Shown here: in pieces, positions 34,425 through 45,408 of the stretch
How positions within the stretch are numbered: the first letter of the stretch is position 1
How the letters are laid out: each line of letters opens with the position of its first letter
Assembly (NCBI GenBank): GCA_038087875.1
Contig: CM075987.1
Span: 17,548,001 to 17,612,000 of the forward strand
Source: Malacoraja senta
Lineage: Eukaryota
Length of the DNA: 64,000 nt
Reading direction: 5' to 3'
The notes under the pieces: model-generated
The model's input: only the letters and a program-made list of their open reading frames with translations
Database searches by the model: none
Told to the model about the DNA's origin: nothing
Translations under genes and position numbers: made by a program

Positions 34425-34950
34425 GCCATTTCCCAGTTCTGGGCACCGTGTTATATGAAAGATATTGTCAAGCTTGAAAGTGTTCAGAAAAGATTTACGA
34501 GGATGTTGGCAGGACTAGAGGGTGTGAGCTATAGGGAGAGGTTGAGTAGGCTGGGTCTCTATTCCATGGAACGCAGGATGAGGGGTTAACTGATAAAGGT
34601 ATATAAGATCATGAGAGGAATAGATCGGGTAGATGTACAGAGTCTCTTGCCCAGAGTAGGTGAATTGAGGACCAGAGGGCATAGGTTAAGGTGAAGGGAA
34701 ATCTGAGGGGTAACTTTTTCACACAAAGGGTGATGGGTGTATGGAACGAGCTGCCAGAGGAGGTAGTTGAGGCTGGAACTATTGCAACGTTTAAGAAACA
34801 GTTAGATAGGTACATGGATAGGACAGGTTTGGAGGGATATGAACCAAACACAGACAGATGGGACTAGTGTAGCTGGGACACGTTGGCCGGTGTGGGCAAG
34901 TTGGGCCGAAGGGCCTGTTACCACACTGTATCACTTTGTCTCATATTATC
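34425..34950 (+). mobile_element. CR1 3' fragment
   Basis: Same family as the minus-strand copy at 61835-62435. Confidence 0.8.
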
Positions 34951-35044
34951 TGATCTTAACAGTTAAGCAGGCTCAGCCTTTTTGGTTTAGTTTAGTTTGG
35001 AGATACAGCACGGAAACCAGCACTTCGGCCCACAAAGTCCATAC

Positions 35045-38033
35045 TGTAAACAACTGAGTCACACAATGTAAGATCCAAGATCATCTTTAATCTTTATGCA
35101 AGCTATAGTGGTACAGTAGGTTGTTAGTTATCAGAGCATCATGACCGCTTCCAGAACTGAGCAGTATAGGAAGTAGGTGTTAATATAAATGGTACAGTAA
35201 GGTGGGGTTAGTGATGCTAGTCTACTCTGATTGGTTGTCATGCATAAACCAATCTACATCCTACCCCCTAAAGAGTGAGTATAGTGAGCACACATGTCAT
35301 AAGAATTAAACAAATTCGCCATATCTATCAGGCGGTCTACTAATACGGCCCGAACGCGTACGGACCAAGCCCTCTCCCCCTTCGCCGGAAAGATTAAAGG
35401 GAGGTGGTGACCCCGGAAGCGAGATGGCAGCAGGGGACACCAGTGGTGGCCGACAGGGGGAGCATGCAGGAGAGGTAATTCCGTGGTTAGTCACAGCCGC
35501 TGGTCGTGGAGGAGTGTGGGACTTGCTGGGCCTGGTGGAAGGTACAGCAGCAAACGGCTGGAACTGAAGTGGTGGAGCATAAGGACTGGCCAGTGGCGGA
35601 CGTGGTTCCTTCACGGCAAGCAAATGTTGGTGGCTTCTGCGGTATATGGTACCATCATAGTCCACAAGGTATGATCGAGGTTCTTCAGCCAGGCCGACAG
35701 TACTATCCAGACAGGAATGTCCCATAGAAGTTTGTAAACTAACGACCTGGCCCGGAAGTAGAGGCTTAAGTGGTTTGCTGGACTTGTCATGCGATCGTTT
35801 CTGAATGTCGTGTTTCTCCTGGATACGCTTTTGGATTGTAGCTGGCTTCAGCACCTGCGGTATCAGCTTCTGCTGAGCAATCGGAATCGGAGGTCTCGTT
35901 GTTCTGGACATCAGTCGCTGGGCCGGCGAGCCCAGGGTCCCTTCTCTAGCAATGTTACTGAGATTGAAAAGATCAAGGTACACATCTGAATTGGCAAGGT
36001 ATGCACGTTCCATTAGATGTTTATCACTTCTGACAGCTCGTTCAGCGAGCCCGTTACTCTGTGGGTATTCAGGACTGCTCGTGACATGGTGGAAATTCCA
36101 TCGGTTGGCAAAGAGTTTGAAAGCGTAGCTGGTAAACTGTCTTCCGTTGTCGGCCTGCAAACGGACGGGTGCGCCGAATATAGAAAAATGTTTCTTTAGC
36201 TTTCGAATGACCATCTCAGATGTGATGGAGGTAAGTAGGTCGAATTCAAACCAGTTTGAAAAGGAGTCAACCAGGACAAGATAGTGTGTACCGCATCATT
36301 CGAAAATGTCTGACGTCCAGGGCAGAGCTGGTGGAGGTTGTTGCAGTAAGGGCTGCCTCTGCTGGTGTGGTGCAAGACTGTTGCAAGTGGAGCAGGAGGC
36401 TATATGGTCCCGTATGTACTTGGCCATCCCAGGCCAGTAGAACAGGTTCTATGCGTGGGTCAGCGTGGCATCAATTCCTGGGTGACCGCTCTGTGCCTCA
36501 TTTTAGTATTCCTCACGTAGCGATGAGGGGATCACGACTTTGTGGCCCTTAACTATGACACCATCCTGTATTACCAGTTCATCGCGGACTAAGAAGAACG
36601 ACTGCACCTCTGTTGGTACGCTAGATTGTCTGTCTGGCCAACCTCTTTTGATCACGGATGAAAGTATCTGGAGGGTGGCGTCGGTGACTGTATGTTCGGC
36701 TAGGCGGCGCAGTTGTTTCGTAGGAACAAAGTCAATGCCTAGGACCGTAAACTCGTCCTGTTCGTAGGGGTGACGTTCGCTGGATGCCCGTGGTGCACGA
36801 GAGAGAGTGTCCGCAACGTGCATGTCTTTACCCTTTTTGTAAACAAGTTTAAAGTCGAAACGCTGGAGCTGCATCATCATGCGTTGCAAGCGTGCTGGTG
36901 CAGCATGGATGGGATCGTCAACAGTGGTTGGTGGTCTGTCTCGACTGTGAAGCCGTTTCCAAAGATAAAATCCTTGAATTTGGAACAGGCAAAGACGACA
37001 GCCAGCAGCTCCTTCTCGATTTGCGCATAGCGCTGTTCGGTGTCTGTCATGGTGCAGGAGGCATAGGAGACGGGGTGCAAGGCACCATCGGCAGATTGTT
37101 GTAGGCAGGCTGCACCGAGCCCGAATCGCGAGGCATCACAGGTAACTGTCACAGGGCGCTTCAGGTCGAAGAATGTCAGGGTTGGTGTGCTGGTCAGCTT
37201 CGATTTTAAAGCGTCAAATGCTTTTTGGTGTTGCTGGAACCAGGACCAATTGTATCCTTTCTAGTCAGTTGTCGCAGGGGCGAACTCAGTTCACTGAGGT
37301 TTGGTATGAATTTTCCAAGATAGTTCACCATACCCAGGAATCGCTGCAGGCCGAGCACGTCGGTGGGGGCAGGCATCTCTGTGATGGTGGCAGTTTTCTT
37401 CAGATCCGGCTTGGGGCCGTCAAGAGTGAACACATGCCCAACGTAGGTGACCTCTGAAACCCTGAACTTACACTTGTTAGGGTTGAGCTTCAGGTTGATC
37501 TGACGTGCCCGGTCCATGATAAGCTTTAGGTTGTGGTCGTGCTCCAGTGTGTCTTTGCCATACACCATGATATCGTCGACAATGATGGCGCATGGGAAGC
37601 CCAGGAACAGCAGCTCCATGTTCCTCTGGAAGACCTCACTGGCTGAGTTGATGCCGAATGGCATTCTTAGAAACTTGAATCTGCCAAATGAAGTGGAAAA
37701 TGTGGTGAGGTTTGACGACTCGTTGTCCAGCGGTATCTGCCAGAAGGAGCTCTTTGCATCGAGGATGGAAAATATGTGCCGCATCGTCCTCGACAGTCCT
37801 CATAGGATAGTGAGGGCGCCTGATGGCAGAGTTCAAATCTTTCGGATTGATGCACACGCGGAGCTCGTTTTTATCCTTCTTGAGTAGCAACCATGGTGGA
37901 GACCCAATCAGTGGGCTCACTGACCTCTTCTAGCCCGCCTAAGGAGACCATGTTTTTTAGCTCGGACTCAATCCTGTCCCTCATGGCATGTGCCACGCGA
38001 TGTGGTGCACGAACGACAGGTACCACATTGGAT
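35045..38033 (-). mobile_element. Degenerate Ty3/Gypsy LTR retrotransposon (RT-RNaseH-integrase plus 3' LTR), cut by the gap
   Basis: LTR 35045-35258 (TG...CA) preceded by a polypurine tract at 35259-35272. RT LDAKSSFWQI, RMPFGI, IVDD; RH CDAS, YAQIEKE, TDHQPL; IN ADNGRQF, YPQSNGLAERAV; frameshifts and stops. Confidence 0.92.
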
Positions 38034-38233
38034 NNNNNNNNNNNNNNNNNNNNNNNNNNNNNNNNNNNNNNNNNNNNNNNNNNNNNNNNNNNNNNNNNNN
38101 NNNNNNNNNNNNNNNNNNNNNNNNNNNNNNNNNNNNNNNNNNNNNNNNNNNNNNNNNNNNNNNNNNNNNNNNNNNNNNNNNNNNNNNNNNNNNNNNNNNN
38201 NNNNNNNNNNNNNNNNNNNNNNNNNNNNNNNNN
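38034..38233. other. Assembly gap (200 N)
   Basis: Exactly 200 N; the Gypsy element on the left does not continue on the right. Confidence 0.99.
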
Positions 38234-38490
38234 AGGTTGGTTTGTGTGATGGTCTGGGCTGCTGTCCTTGCCGAGGCAGCGTGAGGTATAAATGGAGTCA
38301 ATGGAAGGGAGGTTGGTTTGTGTGATGGTCTGGGCTGCTGGCCTTGCCGAGGCAGCGTGAGGTATAAATGGAGTCAATGGAAGGGGGGTTGGTTTGTGTG
38401 ATGGTCTGGGCTGCTGGCCTTGCCAAGGCAGCGTGAGGTGTAGATGGAGTCAGTGGAAGGGAGGTTGGTTTGTGTGATGGTCTGGGCTGC
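38234..38490. repeat. 76-bp tandem repeat derived from Rex1-type LINE coding sequence, abutting the gap
   Basis: Units at 38234, 38310, 38386 and 38462; the minus strand reads LPSIDSIYTSRCLGKA. Confidence 0.88.
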
Positions 38491-38626
38491 GTCCACAATT
38501 CGCTGTAATTTCCTGCGGTCTTGGATGGAGCTGTTGCCAACAGCTGGGATACGTGCGGGTCGATAGTTAGCCTTGGCATCATGATGGGCTCAGACATTGT
38601 GGGCGTGTGGGTCTGTTCCAGTGCTG

Positions 38627-38930
38627 TGTCATCATCTTCATCGGCGGTCACTCTAAACGAGTATGACTGTCCTCTCCTCTCCATAGGGTCGTCTACTTGT
38701 GGGTCTGCAGATATCTGTAGAGGCCGATCCGCGATCCACACACCTTGGTGCAACGTGGGCAGTGGAGACTGGCTGTGGTTGGTAGTCGTCGAGCCCCCTT
38801 CTCTCTCTCCTTACGGTGCTGTCGCATTGTCTCTGACACAGCGTAGTTCCATTTTGTGACGTGCAGCTCCTTCCTGCATAGATTTCTTTCCAGCTGTTAT
38901 ACAGGCGCTCCTGGAGGCAATCCTTACTTG
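38627..38930 (-). mobile_element. RTE LINE 3' fragment
   Basis: C-terminal CPRCTKVCGSRIGLYRYLQTHK* zinc-finger-like motif followed by a (gat)n tail. Confidence 0.7.
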
Positions 38931-39687
38931 CTGCAGCACAGCAAAGTATATGAACAGAGGGAATGCCCAGGGTGTGAGAGGTCCTTGATTATGTTGGATC
39001 TTTTCCCGAGGCAGCGTGAAGTGCAGACGGGGAAGCTGGTCTAGGTTGGACTGGGCTGTTTACAACTCTCTGTGGTTTTTTACTTTCACTTCCTGGGGAT
39101 GTGAGAGTGCCCAGACTCAGGCTGCGGTGTGGGGAGAGGAGCCAGCAGCACTACCCGCTGTGTGTCACGCATAGAGTGATACAGTGTGGAAACAGGCCCT
39201 TCAGCCCAACCTGCCCACACTGGTCAACAATATCCCAGCTACACTAGTCATAGAGTGATACAGTGTGGAAACAGGCCCTTCGGCCCAACCTGCCCACACT
39301 GGCCAACAATGTCCCAGTTACACTAGTCCCACCTAGCTGCGCTTGGTCCATATCACTCCAAACCTGTCCTATCCATGTACCTGTCTAACTGTTTCTTAAA
39401 TGTTGCCATAGTCCCTGCCTCAACTACCTCCTCTGGCAGCTCGTTCTGTACACCCACCACCCTCTGTGTGAAACTTTTCCTTCTAACTGCGGCCCTCTCA
39501 CCTTAAACCCATGCCCACCAGTATTTGAACATTTCCAGTCTGCAGCAGGGTCCTGACCCCAAACATCGGCTGGCTATTGCTTTCCTGAGGTGTTTCCCGG
39601 CCCACTGAGGTCTTGCAACAGTGGGGTTCAGGCTGAGCAACAGTAGTGGTGGGATTCAGCAAGAGCAGCAAGCTAGATTCAAACATT

Positions 39688-40565
39688 GGCCGGCACGGTC
39701 GCGCAGCGGTAGAGTTGCTGCCTCACAGCGCCAGAGACCCGGGTTCCATCCTGACTACGAGTGCTGTCAGTATAGAGTTCTTACGTTCTCCCCGTGACCG
39801 TGTGGGTCTTCTCCAGGTGCTCCGATTTCCTCCCACACTCAGTTCAGTTTAAACATAGAAAATAGGTGCAGGAGTAGATCCTTTGAGCCAATATGATCAT
39901 GGCTGATCATCCAAAATCAGTACCCTGTTCCTGCTTTCTCCCCATATCCCTTGATTCCGTTAGCCCTGAGAGCTATATCTAACTCTCTCTTGAAAACATC
40001 CATTCAATTGGCCTCCACTGCCTTCTGTGGCAGAGAATTCCACAGAATCATAACTCTCTGGGTGAAAAAGTTTTTCCTCATCTCAGTCCTAAATGGCCTA
40101 CCCCTTATTCTTAAACTGTGACCCCTGGTTCTGGACTCCCCCAACAGCTGGAACATTGTTCCTGCATCTAGCTTGTCCAGTCCTGTAAGAATTTCATATG
40201 TTTCTATAAGATCCTCTCTCATCCTAAATTCCAATGAATATAAGCCCTGTCTCCCACACTCCAAAGACGTACAGATTTTTACGTTAATTGGCCTGGTATA
40301 AATTTAAAAATGATCCCTACTGTAGGATGTTTAAGAAAGAACTGCAGATGCTGGAAAAATCGAAGGTGGACAAAAATGCTGGAGAAACTCAGCAGGTGAG
40401 GCAGCATCTATGGAGAGAAGGAATAGGCGACGTTTCGGGTTGAGACCCTTCTTCAGACTGATTGGATAGTGTTAGTGTTACTGTTGGATCGTGTTAATGT
40501 GCGGGCATCGCTGGTCAGTGCGGACTCTGTGTTTCCGCGTTGTATCTCTAAACTAAACGTAACTA
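39688..40565 (+). mobile_element. HE1-type V-SINE with nested CR1 3' end (about 39843-40250) and Penelope fragment (about 40327-40460)
   Basis: SINE head at 39688; TSD ctcccacactc at 39830-39840 and 40251-40261. Confidence 0.8.
40429..40458 (-). ncRNA. Minimal type I hammerhead ribozyme core (Penelope-associated)
   Basis: Minus strand gt-CTGAAGA-a-gggt-ctca-accc-GAAAC-GTC: both conserved core boxes, stem II and the cleavage triplet are intact. Confidence 0.65.
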
Positions 40566-41109
40566 AGCAGGCGACTGAGCACACATATTTCATGAAGTAT
40601 GGGTTTTGATGACAAAGTCCTAGTTTCACGTTGACTGATACATGCAGCCGTGACTAGTTGTATTTAAATGCCAAGGTTGCCATTGTGATCAGGCTGGCAA
40701 CCCAGTTAATTAACCCTGAATCTGGGGCGTGGTAGGAGTTGCCACAAGAGTCAAACACTCTCCTCATTGTTCCTGCTTCCTGCGTTAAGCCATCACATGA
40801 GGACCCAGCCAGACACTGGCCTGATGATTTCATCAGAGGCTTGTTGCAAGAAGGGCTTGGGAACAGGACACGACACTCTGTGAATTCCCAGCACTGGCAA
40901 CAAGTCACAACTTGTTCTCACAACGTGTGGCAACTAAACCGTAACAGCTTGAGATGTCTTCACTTCCAGTGAACACTCACCCAGAGGATGTCAAGGCCAT
41001 ATACAGGCAAGATGACGTTAGGTCACCAGCAACTGGGGAGAAAGGAAATCTCCCTCAACCGGAGGTGTGTGTGGCCTTCCTTCAGAACTGGCCAGAGCAC
41101 ACGTTGGCT

Positions 41110-42017
41110 TAGAAACATAGAAAATAGGTGCAGGAGGAGGCCATTCGGCCCTTCGAGCCAGCACCGCCATTCATTGTGATCATGGCTGATCGTCCCCTAA
41201 CAATAACCCGTGCCTGCCTTCTCCCCATATCCCTTGACTCCACTAGCCCCTAGTGCTCTATCTAACTCTCTCTTAAATCCATCCAGTGACTTGGCCTCCA
41301 CTGCCCTCTGTGGCAGGGAATTCCATAAATTCACAACTCTCTGGGTGAAATTATTTTTTTCTCACCTCGGTCTTAAATGACCTCCCCTTTATTCTAAGTT
41401 GGAGATCCAACGCAGAAGCAGGCCCTTCGGCCCATCGAGTCTGCAACGACCACGATCACCACTAGCACGAGCCTGCACAATAGGGACAATTATCCTACAA
41501 ACCTGTACAAGTCAAGTCATGTTTATTTGTCACATACACATACAAGATGTGCAGTGAAATGAAAGTGGCAATGCCTGCGGGATTGTGTAATAACTACTGA
41601 ACTACAGAACCAGTATTTCCATTTTTTTTTGAGCCATAACAGTATGGTGAGATCAGAGTTTACAGTCCTGATGGCCTGTGGGAAGAAACTCCGTCTCATC
41701 CTCTCTGTTTTCGCAGCGTGACAGCGGAGGCTTTGCTTGACCGTTGCAGCTGGAACAGTCCGTTGCTGGGGTGGTAGGGGTCCCCCATAATGTTGCTGGC
41801 TCTGGATCTGCACCTCCTGGTGTATAGTTCCTGCAGGGGGTGAGTGTAGTTCCCATAGTGCGTTGTGCATAGTACAGCTTTGGAGTGTGGGAGAAAACCC
41901 ATGCGGGTCACGGGGAGAACGTGCAAACGCCGTACAGACAGCACCTGTAGTCAGTATTGAACCCGAGTCTCTGGCGCTGTGAGGCAGCAACTCTACCGCT
42001 GCGCCACTGTGACGCCC
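41110..42017 (-). mobile_element. CR1 3' end (41110-41398), then an HE1 SINE interrupted by a Rex1 3' fragment (41508-41870)
   Basis: Rex1 TERMRRSFFPQAIRTVN with (gactt)n tail; SINE head near 42017. Confidence 0.75.
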
Positions 42018-42340
42018 GGTTAAACTGTGTAGCTGTAAATGCTGAGCATCTGAAGTTGTTGAATTTCATATTCAATCCCAAGGCTGTAACTTGCTGAGTT
42101 GGAAATGTCTGAGGTTCTCTGAGAGGATGTTCTCCTGGTGAGGATCCATGCTACTGGGCAACAACGTTTCACATGAAGGAATCACCCATTACATGAAGCT
42201 CACCCCACACAGCCTGGGGAACAGAGTCACCCAGCATGGAAACAGGCCCCTTCAGCCCAACTTGCCCATGCCCACCAACATGCCCCATCTAAGCAAGTCC
42301 CACATGCCCATGTTTGGCCCATATCCCTCTAAACCTTTCC

Positions 42341-42598
42341 TGGACTGTGGAACAGCATCCCTCTTCCCATCAAAACTGCCCCCTCCATCGACTCCTTTAA
42401 GTCGAGACTTAAAACTCATCTCTACCCCCAAGCATTTCTTGACGTCCTCTGAGCGAGGGCTATATGTATGTATGATGTATGCATTTAATCCATGAACCAC
42501 TGTTGTATAACATTAGTACCTCCACCAATGTAAAGCACTTTGGCCAACGAGAGTTGTTTTTTAAATGTGCTATAGAAATAAAAGTGACTTGACTTGAC
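42341..42598 (+). mobile_element. L2 LINE 3' fragment
   Basis: LWNSIPLPIKTAPSIDSFKSRLKTHLY; (gactt)n tail; same family as 63275-64000. Confidence 0.8.
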
Positions 42599-42996
42599 TA
42601 TCCATGTGCCTCTCCAAATGTATTTTAAATGCTGTTCAGTTGAGTTTATTGCCACGTGTACAGTGAAAAGCTTTTTGTTGCATGCTATCTAGTCAGCAGA
42701 AAGACAATACATGATTACAATCGATCCATCTACAGTGTATGGATACATGATAAGGGAATAACGTTTAGTGCAAGGTAAAGCCAGCAAAGTCCCAATCAAG
42801 GATAGTCCGAGGGTCACCAAAGAGGTAGATAGTAGTTCAGGATTGTTCTCTGGTTGGGGTAGGATGGTTCAGTTGCCTGATTACAGCTGGGAAGAAACTG
42901 TCCCTGAATCTGGAGCTGTGCATTTTCACACTTCTATACCTCTTGCCTGATGGGAGAGGGGAGAAGAGGGAGTGGCCCTGCCTCAACTGCTCCTAC

Positions 42997-43076
42997 CAGG
43001 TGCTCCTCAACTTACGATGTGGTTACATTCTGATAAACCCATTGTAAATTGAAAATGCATTGAATACACCTAACCT
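42997..43076 (+). mobile_element. Tc1/mariner-Tigger terminal fragment (MER47/Tigger5-like)
   Basis: caggtgctcctcaacttacgatgtggttacattctgataaaccc...aatacacctaacct resembles the recalled MER47 end. Confidence 0.5.
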
Positions 43077-43093
43077 CCCATCCCCAGAGTGTT

Positions 43094-43479
43094 CAGGGTT
43101 GGACCACCAGGTGCTTGTGGGTTTTCATTCTCCGGGTTCGTGTTGCGTGCGCTTTTGAGGCCATGCATGAGCGATTCACCTGTCATCCAATCACAGCCCC
43201 ACCTTATCAGTTGTACGCTATATTTTTTGCCAATTCCTGCCAAAACAGAAAGTTTCAGTGATGTCAGTGGTGTTGTTCGGTCGGTTTGCGCAAATATGGA
43301 TAAACCTGCAAAATAGAAAAGTCTGCACAGCTGTAACAACCAATGGAAAGCAAAAAAGACGTGGGCTAAGCCCATCAGCGGTGACTCGACGAAGGCCTTC
43401 TGTACTTTATGCCGGCGGGAATTTGTCCCTTGTTTTGACCTTTTGCCCCTTATTTGGGAGTGAGAAAGTTGGCAACCCT
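43094..43479 (+). mobile_element. Internally deleted hAT-like element with transposase N-terminal zinc-finger remnant
   Basis: Ends cagggttg... / gttggcaaccct; 43296-43424 reads MDKPAK*KSLHSCNNQWKAKKTWAKPISGDSTKAFCTLCRREF. Confidence 0.6.
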
Positions 43480-43835
43480 CGGTCTGAGTCACCTGAACTG
43501 TGTCTGTCAGTCTCTTGTGTCTCGTCTTGCCAGCATCTGCCATTCCTTGTGTCTCCATTGAATGATGTCCCTCAGCTGTTGTGGGAGGAGAACGGGAGCG
43601 TGGTGTTAAGGCAAAGGGTGGATCAGCCATGACGTTGTAGATCCAAGAGACTTGGGCTGATCTAAACGTCTCTTAAACACCACTATCATATCTGCCTCCA
43701 CCACCACCCCCGGCAGCACGTTCCAGACCCCCACCACCCTCTGTATAAAAATAACTTGACCCACACATCTCCATTAAATGTCCCCCCTCTCACTTTGAAG
43801 CTGTGCCCTCTAGTATTTGATCCCTTATCAAATTG

Positions 43836-44285
43836 GTCATTTGGTTTCCTAATTTGAGGAAGGACATCCTTGTGATTGAGGCAGTGCAGCGTAGGTTCAC
43901 GAGATTGATCCCTGGGATGGCGGGACTGTCGTATGAGGAAAGATGAATAGTTCCCAATGTTGGGCGAGTCCAGAACCGGGGGCCACAGTCTTAGAATAAA
44001 GGGGAGGTCATTTAAGACTGAGGTGAGAAAAAAACATTTTCACCCAGAGAGTTGTGAATTTGTGGAATTCCCTGCCACAGAGGGCAGCGGAGGCCAAGTC
44101 ACTGGATGGATTTAAGAGAGAGTTAGATAGAGCTCTAGGGGCTAGTGGAATCAAGGGATATGGGGAGAAGGCAGGTACGGGTTATTGATAGGGGACGATC
44201 AGCCATGATCACAATGAAAGGCGGTGCTGGCTCAAAGGGCCGAATGGCCTCCTCCTGCACCTATTTTCTATGTTTCTATGTTTCT
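43836..44285 (+). mobile_element. CR1 3' fragment (related copies at 46085-46515 and 48643-48958)
   Basis: CR1 C-terminus with (tttctatg)n tail. Confidence 0.85.
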
Positions 44286-44476
44286 ATCTGTGTCTCTCAC
44301 AGTTGTATATAATGTCAAGTCCCTCAAAGGGACCTCTGATCTTCCGGGGGTAATGTTTAAAAGTATTTTGACATTTCCACCCTATGAATAAAGTGGCCTC
44401 TACAAATGCCTCTCGTTATTTTATTAATGATGTTCTTCTCCAAGGTGACTTTTGGGAAAAGATCTTGGGATTTATT

Positions 44477-44633
44477 TAAGAAGGAACTGCAGATGCTGGA
44501 AAAATAGAAGGTAGACAAAAATGCTGGAGAAACTTAGCGGGTGAGGCAGCATCTATGGAGCAAAGGAATAGGTGACGTTTTGGGTCTATAGATGCTGCCT
44601 CACCCGTTGAGTTCCTCCAGCATTTTCGTCTAC
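44477..44633. mobile_element. Short Penelope-derived inverted-repeat insertion
   Basis: 13-bp TSD cttgggatttatt at 44464-44476 and 44634-44646; internal arms are reverse complements. Confidence 0.75.
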
Positions 44634-44825
44634 CTTGGGATTTATTGGCACCAACATCTTTAGTACATTTTTCTTCAATTAATTTCATTTAGTTCCTCAT
44701 TCTTGCTAGACGTTGTTTCTTGTGAATTTCCAACAGTTTGTGTGGGCACCACACTGCCCTCTCATGATCCTTCCCCTTTTCACACCACTTCCTATCTTTT
44801 TACACCATTTGTATGTTTCTCACAA

Positions 44826-45408
44826 GGGCAGTATGGTGGCGCAGCGGTAGAGTTGCTGCCTCACAGCGCCAGACAATAGACAATAGGTGCAGGAGTAGGC
44901 CATTCGGCCCTTCCAGCCAGCACCGCCATTCAATGTGATCATGGCTGATCATCCCCAATCAGTACCCCGTTCCTGCCTTCTCCCCATATCCACTGACTCC
45001 GCTATCTTTAAGAGCTCTATCTAACTTTGTCTTGAAAGCATCCAGAGAACCTGCCTCCACCGCCCTCTGAGGCAGAGAATTCCACAGACTCACAACTCTC
45101 TGTGAGAAAAAGTGTTTCCTCGTCTCCGTTCTAAATGGCTTACCTCTTATTCTTAAACTGTGGCCCCTGGTTCTGGACTCCCCCCAACATCGGGAACATG
45201 TTTCTATCATGTCCAAACCCTTAATAATCTTATATGTTTCAATAAGATTCCCTCTAAATTGCAGAATATACCTGGGTTCGATCCTGACTACGGGTGCTGT
45301 CTGTACGGAGTGTGTATGATCTCCCCGTGACCATGTGGGTTTTCTCCGGGTGCTCCGGTTTCCTCCCACATTCCAAAGACTCTAAACTTTGTAGGTTAAT
45401 TGGCTTCA
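44826..45408 (+). mobile_element. HE1-type V-SINE split by a CR1 3' fragment (44871-45270, -)
   Basis: Box A at 44836 and box B at 45274, separated by the insertion. Confidence 0.78.

Noticed and set aside
38298..38753. 151-aa ORF as a host exon
   Set aside because: Composed of an RTE 3' end and the Rex1-derived tandem repeat.
39688..39770. tRNA genes (also near 12100, 33620, 41980, 44830, 61560)
   Set aside because: Box A/B heads of tRNA-derived SINEs that continue into V-SINE bodies; no complete cloverleaf seen.
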